Counted from the stretch's first letter, positions 29,171 to 39,313 are shown. The stretch is 64,000 nucleotides of DNA from an uncultured Candidatus Saccharibacteria bacterium (GCA_964623775.1 CAZUVH010000002.1:1089-65088); one strand, 5' to 3'. Notes: a model not told the origin generated them from the letters alone. Translations and numbers: made by a program.

Positions 29171-32100
29171 ATGGAGGGTTACGATCATAAAAAGATAGAA
29201 AAGAAGAGGCGGGATGCGTGGAGGAAGTCTGATCTCTACAAAGCTGCAGATTCTGTGAAAGGGAAGGACAACTTCTTCCTTCTGACAGAATTTCCGTATC
29301 CATCGGGCAATCTCCACGTCGGTCACTGGTACGCCTTTGCGCTCCCCGACATCCTCGCGCGCTACATGCGCATGAAGGGCAAAAATGTCCTTTTCCCAAT
29401 GGGATTCGACGCTTTTGGTCTGCCCGCAGAAAATGCCGCGATCAAAAATAAATTGAATCCGCGCAGATGGACCGAAAAAAACATCGAGTACATGAAGCAG
29501 CAGATCGCATCGATGGGTGCATCGTTCGACTGGTCGCGAGAAGTGCAGACGATCGACCCGGCGTACTACAAATGGACGCAGTGGCAATTCCTCCAATTTT
29601 TCAAAAAGGGTTTGGTGTATCAGAAGGACACGGCTGTCAATTGGTGCCCCAAAGACAAGACAGTGCTCGCCAACGAGCAGGTGGTGGATGGTAAATGCGA
29701 ACGCTGCGATAGTGTCGTCGAGCAGAAGCTGATGCTCCAATGGAATATCAAAATCACCGAGTACGCCGATCGTCTGATCGATGATCTCGAGCCACTCGAT
29801 TGGCCGCAGGAGATTAAAGAGTCGCAAAAAAATTGGATCGGAAGAAGCGAGGGTGCAGAGATTGACTTCCCGCTTGTACTAGACGCCGATAAGAAAAAGT
29901 ACACGTACTTGTATTTACATGGGTACAAAAGCCAGGCGGACCGGCCGCGAAGCCATTGGTATCGCGCGGGGCTTGAAGCCCTCGGCCACACGGTTGTGAT
30001 TCCTCAGCTACCTGGCACCGAACACCCCATTGAGAGCGAACAAGTGGAGACAGCGCTCAGTGCGACCGAATGGAATGAGAATACTATTGTTGTAGGACAC
30101 AGTCTCGGAGCGATCGTGGCGATGAAGGCACTCCTCAAGTCAGGTAAAAAGATCGGCGGGCTAATATTGGTGGCCCCGGCATTAGACCCGGAATCGGCTG
30201 CGAAAGCACCGAGAACTGGCTTGAATAAGGAATTTAAAAAACCATTTCACGAGACTTTCGATTGGAATATTGATTACGAGAAAATAAAAACCCTCACTGA
30301 TCGTCGCGTCATACTCTCTGATCTTAAAGAGGATCATCGCGTGGAGTATCTGAGAGAACTTTCTAAGAAGATTGACGGTCAGCTCGTGGAGACTACTGCC
30401 GTAGAAGAGCATTTTACAGGGGATACGGAGCCCGACGTACTTATGTGGCTTCGACCAACCGCGCGGGTTTTCACCACACGCCCGGATACGCTCTTTGGCG
30501 CAACGTATCTCGTGCTGTCGCCCGAGCATCTCTGGGTGCAGCTCGCGCTCAAGCATAGGACGGTGCTCAAGAATAACGATGCTGTGCAGAAGTATGTCGA
30601 TGATGCAAAGAGGAAATCAGACATGGATCGTCAGACGAGTAAGGAGAAAACAGGGGTACAACTCGAGGGTGTGTACGCGATCAATCCAGCAAATGGCGAG
30701 AAGATCCCCCTGTATGTCGCGGATTATGTGCTCGCTACCTACGGCACGGGTGCGATCATGGCAGTGCCTGCCCACGACGAGCGCGACTACGAATTTGCGC
30801 AGAAATTCAATATTCCTATCACGCGTGTCGTTGACCCGGTGCTTACACAAACATCCGGCTCGTCTGCATTTAAAGAGGGGGAAGAATACCAAGACAGCGA
30901 TGGTGTTATCGCGGTTGTAAAGCATTGGGCTGAAGATAAGTATCTCGGCCTCAAGTGGAAGGGCACGGACTGGGTAACGCTTCTCACGGGCGGTATCGAC
31001 GACGGATACACCGCGGAACAAACTGTGCTCAAGGAAATTTCGGAAGAGACTGGCTACAAGAATGCAAAAGTAGCGCGGCAGCTCGCGACAATCCACAGCA
31101 AGTATTTTCATGTGCCGAAAGACAAAAACCGTTTCGGACATGCGCCGACGTTCTATGTGCAACTTACCGATGGCGAGCGTGAGGAAATTTCCGCCGAAGA
31201 GGAATCGAAGCACGAGCTTGTTTGGCTTACGCCAGCCGAGATGGCCTCGGCTCTTACGGCTGTGTCACACAGGGAAGCGCTCTCGATACTCAAAACCGGT
31301 GTCTATACCGGTGCGGGGATGCTCACTAATTCGGGGGAATTCGACGGCATGATGTCTGGTGAGGCCAAGGCAAAAATAACCGAGAAATTTGGAAGAAAAA
31401 AAACGACTTATAAACTGCGCGATTGGATTGTCTCGCGCCAGCGCTACTGGGGTGTGCCGATTCCGATCATCCACTGCGAGAAATGCGGTCCGGTAGCAGT
31501 GCCCGACAAGGACTTGCCGGTGAAATTGCCCGACGTCGAAGATTATCTCCCGACGGGCGACGGTAAATCGCCGCTCGCCAAGGTTGAATCTTTTGTGAAC
31601 GTTGAGTGTCCCAACTGTAAGAAGCCTGCGAAAAGGGAAACAGACACGCTCGATACGTTTGTCGATTCATCGTGGTATTTCCTGCGTTACACCGATCCGA
31701 AAAATAAAAAGGAGTTTGCCGATCGCGAAAGCCAGGATCATTGGATGCCTATAGATCTCTATTCTGGCGGCGCTGAGCACACCACCATGCACCTCCTCTA
31801 CAGTCGCTTCTGGCACAAAGCGCTCTACGATCTCGGACTCGTAAAAGATCCCGAGCCGTACAAAAAACGCATGAACAGGAGCCTCATCATGGGCCCCGAT
31901 GGTCAGAAAATGAGTAAATCGCGCGGCAATGTAATCGATCCTGACGAGGTCGTCGATCGACTCGGCGCCGATACGGTACGCATGTATCTCGCGTTTATCG
32001 GTCCGTACAATGAAGTATCCAACTATCCGTGGAATCCCGATGGCGTCGTGGGCGTGCGCCGATTCCTTGAGCGCATATTCCGACTGCAAGAAATCGTGCA

Positions 32101-32575
32101 AAAAGACGACGTGCCAGAGCTCAATGCCGCGCTTCACCGAACAATCAAAAAGGTGGGGGATGATATAGAGGTGCTGAAATTCAATACCGCAATCAGCTCT
32201 CTTATGATATTCCTCAACAAAGTCGAAAAGAAAAAATCGATCGGCGAGCGTCAGTGGGCGTTCCTTTTGAAGTTGCTCGAACCTTTTGCGCCATTCATTG
32301 CCGACGAGCTGTGGAGCCGATCCGGTCACAAGAGCGATCTTCTTGAGGAAGAGTGGCCGCAGTACGACGAAGGACAAATGCGCGAGCAAACAATCACGAT
32401 CGCGGTGCAGGTCAATGGCAAGACTCGCGCGCAGATCCAGGTACCCTCCGACGCCGATAAGGCGGCAGTGGAAACGCAGGCAAAAGAAGCCATAGCGACC
32501 CGCATCCTCGGCAAAAAGATCGAGAAGACCATTGTCGTCCCGAACCGTCTCGTCAATTTCGTCGTTGAGGCCTAG
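29171..32575 (+). CDS. leuS: leucyl-tRNA synthetase carrying two inserted hydrolase domains (alpha/beta serine hydrolase and Nudix)
   Basis: PYPSGNLHVGH (HIGH), TTRPDTLFGATY (CP1 editing domain), KMSKSRGN (KMSKS), C-terminal tRNA-binding domain. About 1134 aa versus ~800-860 for typical LeuRS. Confidence 0.9.
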   Translation: MEGYDHKKIEKKRRDAWRKSDLYKAADSVKGKDNFFLLTEFPYPSGNLHVGHWYAFALPDILARYMRMKGKNVLFPMGFDAFGLPAENAAIKNKLNPRRWTEKNIEYMKQQIASMGASFDWSREVQTIDPAYYKWTQWQFLQFFKKGLVYQKDTAVNWCPKDKTVLANEQVVDGKCERCDSVVEQKLMLQWNIKITEYADRLIDDLEPLDWPQEIKESQKNWIGRSEGAEIDFPLVLDADKKKYTYLYLHGYKSQADRPRSHWYRAGLEALGHTVVIPQLPGTEHPIESEQVETALSATEWNENTIVVGHSLGAIVAMKALLKSGKKIGGLILVAPALDPESAAKAPRTGLNKEFKKPFHETFDWNIDYEKIKTLTDRRVILSDLKEDHRVEYLRELSKKIDGQLVETTAVEEHFTGDTEPDVLMWLRPTARVFTTRPDTLFGATYLVLSPEHLWVQLALKHRTVLKNNDAVQKYVDDAKRKSDMDRQTSKEKTGVQLEGVYAINPANGEKIPLYVADYVLATYGTGAIMAVPAHDERDYEFAQKFNIPITRVVDPVLTQTSGSSAFKEGEEYQDSDGVIAVVKHWAEDKYLGLKWKGTDWVTLLTGGIDDGYTAEQTVLKEISEETGYKNAKVARQLATIHSKYFHVPKDKNRFGHAPTFYVQLTDGEREEISAEEESKHELVWLTPAEMASALTAVSHREALSILKTGVYTGAGMLTNSGEFDGMMSGEAKAKITEKFGRKKTTYKLRDWIVSRQRYWGVPIPIIHCEKCGPVAVPDKDLPVKLPDVEDYLPTGDGKSPLAKVESFVNVECPNCKKPAKRETDTLDTFVDSSWYFLRYTDPKNKKEFADRESQDHWMPIDLYSGGAEHTTMHLLYSRFWHKALYDLGLVKDPEPYKKRMNRSLIMGPDGQKMSKSRGNVIDPDEVVDRLGADTVRMYLAFIGPYNEVSNYPWNPDGVVGVRRFLERIFRLQEIVQKDDVPELNAALHRTIKKVGDDIEVLKFNTAISSLMIFLNKVEKKKSIGERQWAFLLKLLEPFAPFIADELWSRSGHKSDLLEEEWPQYDEGQMREQTITIAVQVNGKTRAQIQVPSDADKAAVETQAKEAIATRILGKKIEKTIVVPNRLVNFVVEA

Positions 32576-32620
32576 TTTTTTTGGTACAGCAAAGTGCTGG
32601 AGAAGTGGTAGGATTTTCGT

Positions 32621-32968
32621 ATGGATACACACAACAAGATTGAAGAGGGGATGGTCACGACGGCTTTTGGAATTGAGGGATATAGAGTGGTGAAAAATTT
32701 CGGGGTAACGCGCGGGATTATCGTCCGATCGCGATCGATTTTCGGGACCATTGCCGGCGGCCTGCAGACGATCGTAGGCGGCAATATCACGATGTTTACA
32801 TCACTTTGCGAGCGTACACGCAAAGACGCTTTTGAATTAATGCTCCAACATGCGGCCGAAATGGGCGCCAATGCGGTTATTGGCTTTCGATACGACGCGA
32901 CCGAGATTGGCGGGGGAGTGACGGAGGTACTCGCATACGGCACCGCCGTGCAGCTCGAGAAAATCTAA
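32621..32968 (+). CDS. YbjQ/UPF0145 family protein
   Basis: [24 protein letters not shown]...[10 protein letters not shown], the family hallmark. Confidence 0.7.
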   Translation: MDTHNKIEEGMVTTAFGIEGYRVVKNFGVTRGIIVRSRSIFGTIAGGLQTIVGGNITMFTSLCERTRKDAFELMLQHAAEMGANAVIGFRYDATEIGGGVTEVLAYGTAVQLEKI

Positions 32969-33030
32969 GACTTTCCCACGGAAAAGAGATAGTGTAAAGT
33001 GCCTAGAGAAAAAAATGAAAGGAGAGTCAA

Positions 33031-33675
33031 ATGAGACGGCTCGTCTTCATTTGGGCGGTCTTTTGGTGCGTTATTGGCGCCTCTACTGCGGCCTTGGCGC
33101 AAGGAGACAGGAGGCCCGTTGTCGTGTTTATCGGCTCGTCGTCGATAGCGCAATGGCACAATCTACAGAAGGATTTCCCGTCCTATCGGACGGTCAATCT
33201 GGGAGTCAACGGTAGCGCAGAGCTCCCTGGCGGCCAGGTCTTGCCGCGAATGATCGAAATGATCGACACGGATGTGGTCCCGCTTCGGCCGGCAGCGGTC
33301 GTTGTGTACGGAGGTGAAAACGATCTCTGGGGCAACGACGATGTGTCCAAGAGGAAATCACCAAAAGAGGTAGTGGAGCTCCTGAGTGCGTTTAGAAAAA
33401 GGCTTCACGCGCATATGCCCAATGCACGTATCGTGTTTATCTCGATCAAACCGAGCCCTTCACGATGGAAAATTGAGAACGATCTTATCGTTACAAATTT
33501 TCTGATGAAGCTGATGGTCCTGAAGCACCCGAATCTCCGCTTTGTCGATATCTATATCCCGATGCTCAACGATAGAGGCGAGCCTGATTCGAGCTTCTAT
33601 TCTCCGGACAGTCTGCACATGAGTGAAGCCGGCTATACGCTCTGGAAAAATGCGGTCACCAAAGCTCTCAAATAA
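33031..33675 (+). CDS. secreted SGNH/GDSL-family hydrolase
   Basis: Signal peptide; block I FIGSSS, block III GGEND, block V DSLHMS. Confidence 0.65.
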   Translation: MRRLVFIWAVFWCVIGASTAALAQGDRRPVVVFIGSSSIAQWHNLQKDFPSYRTVNLGVNGSAELPGGQVLPRMIEMIDTDVVPLRPAAVVVYGGENDLWGNDDVSKRKSPKEVVELLSAFRKRLHAHMPNARIVFISIKPSPSRWKIENDLIVTNFLMKLMVLKHPNLRFVDIYIPMLNDRGEPDSSFYSPDSLHMSEAGYTLWKNAVTKALK

Positions 33676-33681
33676 AACTAA

Positions 33682-33712
33682 CCCTTACCTCAAACGTGAG
33701 GGTTTTTGTTTT
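33682..33712 (+). terminator. intrinsic terminator
   Basis: cccttac-ctcaaac-gtgaggg followed by tttttgtttt. Confidence 0.6.
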
Positions 33713-33730
33713 GCTTACCGTTTTTCTAAC

Positions 33731-33805
33731 GAGGATAGTGAGGGAAATGAATACGTGTTTTCATTTCCGAGCGACGCAGTCAGCAAGAGGTTTACCTCTT
33801 GAATA
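33731..33805 (+). ncRNA. repeated structured element, copy B
   Basis: gaggatagtgagggaaatgaa-tacgtgtt-ttcatttcc-gagcgacgcagt-cagcaagagg-ttta-cctcttg; shares conserved linker and hairpin architecture with copy A. Confidence 0.45.
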
Positions 33806-35297
33806 CTTTTGCGCCATCAGGTGAGTCTTCGAGTGTGTAGCCGAGATCGGTGATTTCATTGCGTATGGCATCGGCGCGTGTCCAATCCTTTTCCGCGCGC
33901 GCCTTTTCACGACGCTCCACCAATTCTCTTATTTCAATAGGTAGCTCACTTTGTGTTATTTCGACAGTGGAGTATGGCTGTGCCAATTTCTTTGCCAGCT
34001 CATCAGGCTCTCTCAGATTGAGACCAAGCACACGGTCGAAATCGAGAATGGTCGCAAGAAGGTCTGCGGGCTCGATACTCTCGTCCTTCGTCATTTCCCA
34101 CAGTACGGCGAGGGCGCCCGGCGTATCGAGATCATCCTGAATCTTGCCCATGAATCTCGCGTGCCACCTGTGTACGATCGTTCCGCCCGTCTGTGATCGA
34201 AGCTCCTCGCAGATCGCAATAAGCTTGCTGTAGGCTGTCTGGGCAGCGGTGAGCGCCTCCCAGGTAAAATTCATCGGCGTGCGGTAGTGCGCTCCTAGAA
34301 AGAGGTAACGCAATGAGAGCGGATGATATCCGCGCTCGGTGATATCAGAGAGATAGACTACGGTGCCCTCTGATTTGGCGATCTTGCCACCATCGATCTG
34401 GATATGATTGCGGTGAAGCCAGAATCTGGAAAAGGGCTTTTTTCCCGAGGACGCCTCCGACTGTGCGATCTCGTTGTTGTGGTGTATCGCGATGTGTTCG
34501 ATACCGCCCGTATGGATGTCGAGCTGCTCACCGAGCGTCGCCCTCGCCATCGCCGAGCACTCGATATGCCACCCGGGGAAGCCGCGACCCCACGGCGATT
34601 CCCAGCCCATTTTTGCTGCGCCGCGCTTGGCCTCAGGCGTGAATTTCCAAAGAATAAAATCTTGAGGATTGCGCTTGGAGCTCTTTACATCGACACGCGC
34701 GCCTTCTTTCTGACCTTCAAGATTGATATTGCCCAAGCACCCGTACGCAGGGAAACGGGAGATGTCGTAGTAGATGCCATCTTCTCCCTTGTATGCATAG
34801 CCCTTTTCCTCAAGTGTGCGGATGATCGCAATCTGCGCATCGATGTATTCGCTCGCGCGTGGAAAACTGACAGAATCCACTTCCACATTGAGTGTGCGGA
34901 TATCCTCAAGAAAGATATTGGTATATTTCTCCGCCAAGACTTTCATGTTGGCCATTGAGGGGCGCAACTTCTCTCGTTTGAGACCTTTGAGCATCTTGTC
35001 CTCGCCCTCATCTGCGTCAGAGGTGAGATGACCGAAATCGGTGATGTTGATCGTCTGTTTTACGGCAAGACCTGAGTACTCAAGCGTGCGACGTAGGATA
35101 TCGGTGAATACAAACATCGAGAGATTCCCGATATGCTGGCGACCATAGACGGTGGGGCCGCAATTGTACATGCGCACATATTTCATGCCGGGCGCAAGCG
35201 AAAATTCCTGCTTTTCTTTCGCCAGAGTGTTGTAAAAACGAGGCATCAGGGCCTTCGAGGGGGCATTCCTATTGAAGAGAGAATCAAGAAATCCCAT
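33792..35297 (-). CDS. cysS: cysteinyl-tRNA synthetase
   Basis: MYNCGPTVYGRQHIGN (HIGH region), GWHIECSAM zinc-binding motif, KIAKSEG (KMSKS-like); 501 aa. Confidence 0.9.
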   Translation of the reverse strand: MGFLDSLFNRNAPSKALMPRFYNTLAKEKQEFSLAPGMKYVRMYNCGPTVYGRQHIGNLSMFVFTDILRRTLEYSGLAVKQTINITDFGHLTSDADEGEDKMLKGLKREKLRPSMANMKVLAEKYTNIFLEDIRTLNVEVDSVSFPRASEYIDAQIAIIRTLEEKGYAYKGEDGIYYDISRFPAYGCLGNINLEGQKEGARVDVKSSKRNPQDFILWKFTPEAKRGAAKMGWESPWGRGFPGWHIECSAMARATLGEQLDIHTGGIEHIAIHHNNEIAQSEASSGKKPFSRFWLHRNHIQIDGGKIAKSEGTVVYLSDITERGYHPLSLRYLFLGAHYRTPMNFTWEALTAAQTAYSKLIAICEELRSQTGGTIVHRWHARFMGKIQDDLDTPGALAVLWEMTKDESIEPADLLATILDFDRVLGLNLREPDELAKKLAQPYSTVEITQSELPIEIRELVERREKARAEKDWTRADAIRNEITDLGYTLEDSPDGAKVFKR

Positions 35298-35315
35298 ACG
35301 TGGAGAGGTTGTATA

Positions 35316-36221
35316 TTATAGCCATTTCTTGTGTTTGAAGAACCACAACATGGAGGCTCCCGTAGCGACTACCGCTGTAAGGACAAACCAAAAGCCAGCA
35401 TGCTTCAGTGGATTGTCATCCATGTGCAGGTCGGAAATCGCTACGAAGAGGGCGAGAGGGAAGGTGAGGAGGGCCATAATGGTCAATACACGCATGGTCT
35501 CATTTTGCTTGGTTGTGAGGAGCGAATTGTTGGTCTCGCGCAGCTCGTGAAGTGTCTCGGTGTTGCGCATAATGTGATTGTGGACACGATAATATTCGTG
35601 AGAAATCGCTTGTGCGTACGAGCGGAATTCATCTCCAAAAAAGCGCGGGCCCTCGGTCTCGAAATCCTGGAGCACCTCGCGATGGGGCTCTATAGTCTGC
35701 CTCAGATTCAATAGGTCGCGTGCATTGCGAGAGATGGCCTCAACCATCGCGACTTCGAGGCCGGCAAAAATGTCACTTTCGATACGCGCGAGCTCCTGTC
35801 GCACAAAATCCACCTCGTGCTCGACGGCTTTGTACATTTTTTTCAAAATGAAAAAAAGGAGATGCCCCGCGTGCTCGCCGACCGGATTTTTCTGTAGCGT
35901 CGAATTTACCTCGATGATCTTTGAAAATTTATGAAGCGCGTCAATGGTCTCGTAATGAGTGGTTATGAGAAAATCCTTACCAAATACAAAATCCACCTCC
36001 TGCTCTTTTTTGTTGTGTGAATGCCGGAGGGCAGGGAAGTGCATAATCATATAGAAATAATCACCGTGTCTCTCGACACGCGGCTTTGTAGAGGGGAGCA
36101 TCAGCTCCTCCGTGATCATTCTGTTTAATCCGTATTCGAGCGCTACACTTGCGACCTCATCGCGAGAAGGATTCTCGAGATCGATCCAGACGATACCTCC
36201 GTGAGAAAATCGTGAAATCAT
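35316..36221 (-). CDS. CorA-like divalent cation transporter
   Basis: N-terminal VWIDLENPSRDE...ITEELML CorA signature; two C-terminal TM helices, loop motif altered (no GMN). Start taken at the MISRF Met; the ORF track extends to a TTG at 36422. Confidence 0.6.
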   Translation of the reverse strand: MISRFSHGGIVWIDLENPSRDEVASVALEYGLNRMITEELMLPSTKPRVERHGDYFYMIMHFPALRHSHNKKEQEVDFVFGKDFLITTHYETIDALHKFSKIIEVNSTLQKNPVGEHAGHLLFFILKKMYKAVEHEVDFVRQELARIESDIFAGLEVAMVEAISRNARDLLNLRQTIEPHREVLQDFETEGPRFFGDEFRSYAQAISHEYYRVHNHIMRNTETLHELRETNNSLLTTKQNETMRVLTIMALLTFPLALFVAISDLHMDDNPLKHAGFWFVLTAVVATGASMLWFFKHKKWL

Positions 36222-36245
36222 TCGTTTTATTATAACGCGTATAAC

Positions 36246-37529
36246 GTGCGGGCAGACCCCGCATGTGAGATAATCGAATCCATGTTCCCTGAGCAGGTCA
36301 AGAGTACATTTCAAATGCGCAGCGCGATTGTCGCCGGAATCCTCATGCTCGCGTGTGGCTTTGCGGTCGGTGTGTTTGTCGGCCAGCGTTCCGCTACCGG
36401 AATCGCTTTTGCAGAGCGGCAAGCGCCGGAAGGAGTCGACATGTCTCCCGTATGGAAAGCGTGGCAGGTGATCGATGAGAAATTCGTCCCCGCTGCCGTT
36501 GCCACTTCCACCAAGATCTCCACCTCGACTGCTGAGATCAATGAAGAACGCGTCTACGGGATGATCCAGGGGCTCGCAGGATCACTCAATGATCCGTACA
36601 CATTCTTCCTGCCGCCGGTCGAGAACGAAATGTTCTCATCCGATATGAGCGGAAGCTTCGAGGGTGTGGGCATGGAAATTGCGATCAAAAACAACGTCCT
36701 TACGGTCGTGTCTCCTCTCAAGGGATCGCCCGCAGAGGCTGCGGGCATACAAAGTGGTGATTTGATACTTAAGATCGACGGCATCGATACAAAAGGCATG
36801 GATGTAAGTTCTGCAGTGCAGAAGATCCGAGGAAAAGGCGGGACGTACGTAAAGCTCAATCTGATGCGCGAAGGATGGGGTGAGCCGAAAGATTTCTCTG
36901 TCAAGCGCGATGTCATCAATGTACCGATTGTCACTACCAAAAAGATGGAAGGCGGCGTATTTGTGATCGAAGTGCGCTCGTTTACATCTTCTTCGCCACA
37001 TCTTTTTCGTGAGGCGCTGCGCGAATTCATAGAGTCTGGCAATACGAAACTCGCGCTCGATTTGCGTGGCAATCCGGGCGGCTACCTCGACGCCGCTGTC
37101 GCTATGGCGAGCTGGTTTTTGCCGTCGGGCGCGGTGATCGTGAGCGAGGATTATGCAGGACACGAACCGACGGTCGCACACCGCTCGCTCGGCTACGATA
37201 TTTTCAATAAAAATCTCAGGATGGTCGTCCTCGTCGATAGGGGCAGTGCCTCGGCCTCGGAAATTCTCGCCGATGCGCTGCGCCACTACGGTATCGCAAA
37301 GCTCGTTGGTACCAACACATTTGGTAAGGGCTCTGTGCAGGAGCTCGTCGACATAACGCCCACGACGGCTCTCAAGATTACCGTCGCGAGGTGGCTCGGG
37401 CCGGATGGGGAACAGATCCCGCTCACCGGTATCGCTCCGGATGTCGAGGTCAAAATGGATGAAGAGGACGTAAAAGAAAAACGTGATCCGCAGATGGATA
37501 AGGCACTCGAAGTTTTGAAGAGTCTCTAA
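36246..37529 (+). CDS. S41-family C-terminal processing peptidase with PDZ domain
   Basis: [23 protein letters not shown]; catalytic Ser in [15 protein letters not shown] and Lys in TFGKGSVQ. Confidence 0.85.
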   Translation: MRADPACEIIESMFPEQVKSTFQMRSAIVAGILMLACGFAVGVFVGQRSATGIAFAERQAPEGVDMSPVWKAWQVIDEKFVPAAVATSTKISTSTAEINEERVYGMIQGLAGSLNDPYTFFLPPVENEMFSSDMSGSFEGVGMEIAIKNNVLTVVSPLKGSPAEAAGIQSGDLILKIDGIDTKGMDVSSAVQKIRGKGGTYVKLNLMREGWGEPKDFSVKRDVINVPIVTTKKMEGGVFVIEVRSFTSSSPHLFREALREFIESGNTKLALDLRGNPGGYLDAAVAMASWFLPSGAVIVSEDYAGHEPTVAHRSLGYDIFNKNLRMVVLVDRGSASASEILADALRHYGIAKLVGTNTFGKGSVQELVDITPTTALKITVARWLGPDGEQIPLTGIAPDVEVKMDEEDVKEKRDPQMDKALEVLKSL

Positions 37530-37566
37530 TCTTGCGCACACCCCGGTGTTGGGATACAAAGAGTGC

Positions 37567-38001
37567 ATGAAAGTTATTTTTCTCAAAGATGTCGGCGGGG
37601 TAGGGCAGAAGGGGACCGTCAAAGAGGTTTCTGATGGCTATGCGTTCAATCACCTCATTCCCAACGGTCTTGCCAAGCAGGCAACTCCCGAGGCGATGGC
37701 AGATTTCAACAGGCAAAAAGCGATCAATGAAAAGGTGAATGCCGAAAAAAATGCCGTGGTCGCATCGAATCTCAAAGCGATTGACGGTAAAGAATTTACA
37801 CTAAAAGCACGCGCCAACGACAACGGACATCTCTTTAAAGGAATCGGAAAGGCTGATGTCGTGAAAACAATCGGTCATGCTATTACCGCAGAAATGATTG
37901 CGGATATCGGTACGATCAAGGAAGTGGGCGGCTACCAAATCAAATTCGCCGCAGCAAATGCCGCGGCGACCGTGAAATTGAATATTGTAAAGGAGGACTA
38001 A
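37567..38001 (+). CDS. rplI: 50S ribosomal protein L9
   Basis: [36 protein letters not shown] canonical L9 N-domain. Confidence 0.9.
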   Translation: MKVIFLKDVGGVGQKGTVKEVSDGYAFNHLIPNGLAKQATPEAMADFNRQKAINEKVNAEKNAVVASNLKAIDGKEFTLKARANDNGHLFKGIGKADVVKTIGHAITAEMIADIGTIKEVGGYQIKFAAANAAATVKLNIVKED

Positions 38002-38270
38002 ATTACATCCACCACGCGGCGGCGGGTCTGAGTGCCGTCGAAGTTGACCTTGCGAGCCGAGCGGAATTTGACTACACCTGCAGCAAGCGCGAAGAGTGTG
38101 TGGTCCTTGCCGATTCCGATGTTTTTGCCGGCCATGATCGCAGTACCGCGCTGGCGGACAATGATTTCTCCCGTATTTACCTTGGTACCGTCACCGCGCT
38201 TTACGCCGAGATACTTCGGATTTGAGTCGCGTAGGTTTTTAGTTGTTCCGCCTGCTTTTGTATGTGCCAT
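37998..38270 (-). CDS. rpmA: 50S ribosomal protein L27
   Basis: [12 protein letters not shown]...[16 protein letters not shown] canonical L27; convergent with rplI and overlapping it by 4 nt. Confidence 0.9.
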   Translation of the reverse strand: MAHTKAGGTTKNLRDSNPKYLGVKRGDGTKVNTGEIIVRQRGTAIMAGKNIGIGKDHTLFALAAGVVKFRSARKVNFDGTQTRRRVVDVI

Positions 38271-38327
38271 AGGTTAAGTATCAAGTAGCAGGTATCAAGT
38301 ATCAAATAAATACTGTAATATGCCCGC

Positions 38328-38696
38328 GTGAAGAATATACAGGAAATAGCAGGGTTTTGCAAGGGCATACTCGACGACTTCTTGAGGGATAAGGGCCTCT
38401 TTATAGCCGTATTTTTGGCCATTTTAGCCTCTTTTGGCCTGGGGAGGCTCTCTGCCCTGGAGGCCTCGAAACAGCCTATTTCCATCCGCCAGGCGGCCTC
38501 TGCAGCTGCCGCAGTACGTATGGAATTAGGGGGCCAGTATGTGGCCTCCCGCGGCGGCTCCGTCTATTACTTCCCTTGGTGCGGAGGTGCGGGCGCTATC
38601 GACTCTCAAAATCAGATCTGGTTCAAATCAGAAGAAGCTGCGAGGAGGGCAGGGTATTCTCCAGCCAAGAATTGCAAAGGCTTGGGAACCAAGTAA
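38328..38696 (+). CDS. membrane-anchored hypothetical protein with C-terminal Cys pair
   Basis: GTG start; TM helix LFIAVFLAILASFGLG; C-terminal YYFPWCGG...AKNC. Confidence 0.4.
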   Translation: MKNIQEIAGFCKGILDDFLRDKGLFIAVFLAILASFGLGRLSALEASKQPISIRQAASAAAAVRMELGGQYVASRGGSVYYFPWCGGAGAIDSQNQIWFKSEEAARRAGYSPAKNCKGLGTK

Positions 38697-38716
38697 TTAC
38701 GGGCTAAAATAGATGT

Positions 38717-39313
38717 ATGTTGGTTCTCGACATTGAAGCCTCCGGCGTAGAGGCGCACAAACACTCGATCGTCTCGATCGGGGCGCTTGATCTAGATAAC
38801 CCGAAGAATCGTTTCTACATGGAATGCCACGTGTGGGACGGCGCCCATATCATGGATGACGCCCTCGCGGTCAATGGATTTACGAAAGAGCAGATCACCG
38901 ACAAAAGTAAGCCGAGCGAGGCGGATCTTGTCCATGCTTTCAAGGAGTGGAGCGAGAGCGTGCAGAATCGCACGATTGCCGGCCAGAATCCCTCATTCGA
39001 TCGCGACTTTCTGAAATACGCTGCAGAGCGTGCTGGCCACACCGACTGGCCTTTTGCGCATCGCACACTCGACACGCACACGATGGCCTACATGCACATG
39101 ATCAATCGCGGCATGCAGCCGCCTGTAAAAAATAACCGCTCCGCGCTCAATCTCGATGCGGTGCTCGAGTATTGCGGTATTCCCGATGAGCCATCTCCGC
39201 ACAATGCGCTCACCGGCGCGCTTTCTCACGCCGAAGTCATCGCCCGATTGCTCTACGGTCGCAAACTCCTCCCCGAATTCGAACAATTTGATATTCCGTG
39301 GAGTGCGAGATAG
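38717..39313 (+). CDS. DEDDh 3'-5' exonuclease (DnaQ-like)
   Basis: Exo I LVLDIEASG, Exo II QNPSFDRDFL, Exo III HNALTGALSHAEV. Confidence 0.75.
   Translation: MLVLDIEASGVEAHKHSIVSIGALDLDNPKNRFYMECHVWDGAHIMDDALAVNGFTKEQITDKSKPSEADLVHAFKEWSESVQNRTIAGQNPSFDRDFLKYAAERAGHTDWPFAHRTLDTHTMAYMHMINRGMQPPVKNNRSALNLDAVLEYCGIPDEPSPHNALTGALSHAEVIARLLYGRKLLPEFEQFDIPWSAR

Noticed and set aside
31667-32632. 321-aa minus-strand ORF
   Set aside because: Antisense to leuS, whose C-terminal domain is clearly encoded on the plus strand.
36636-37622. 328-aa minus-strand ORF
   Set aside because: Antisense to the S41 peptidase gene with its intact catalytic motifs.
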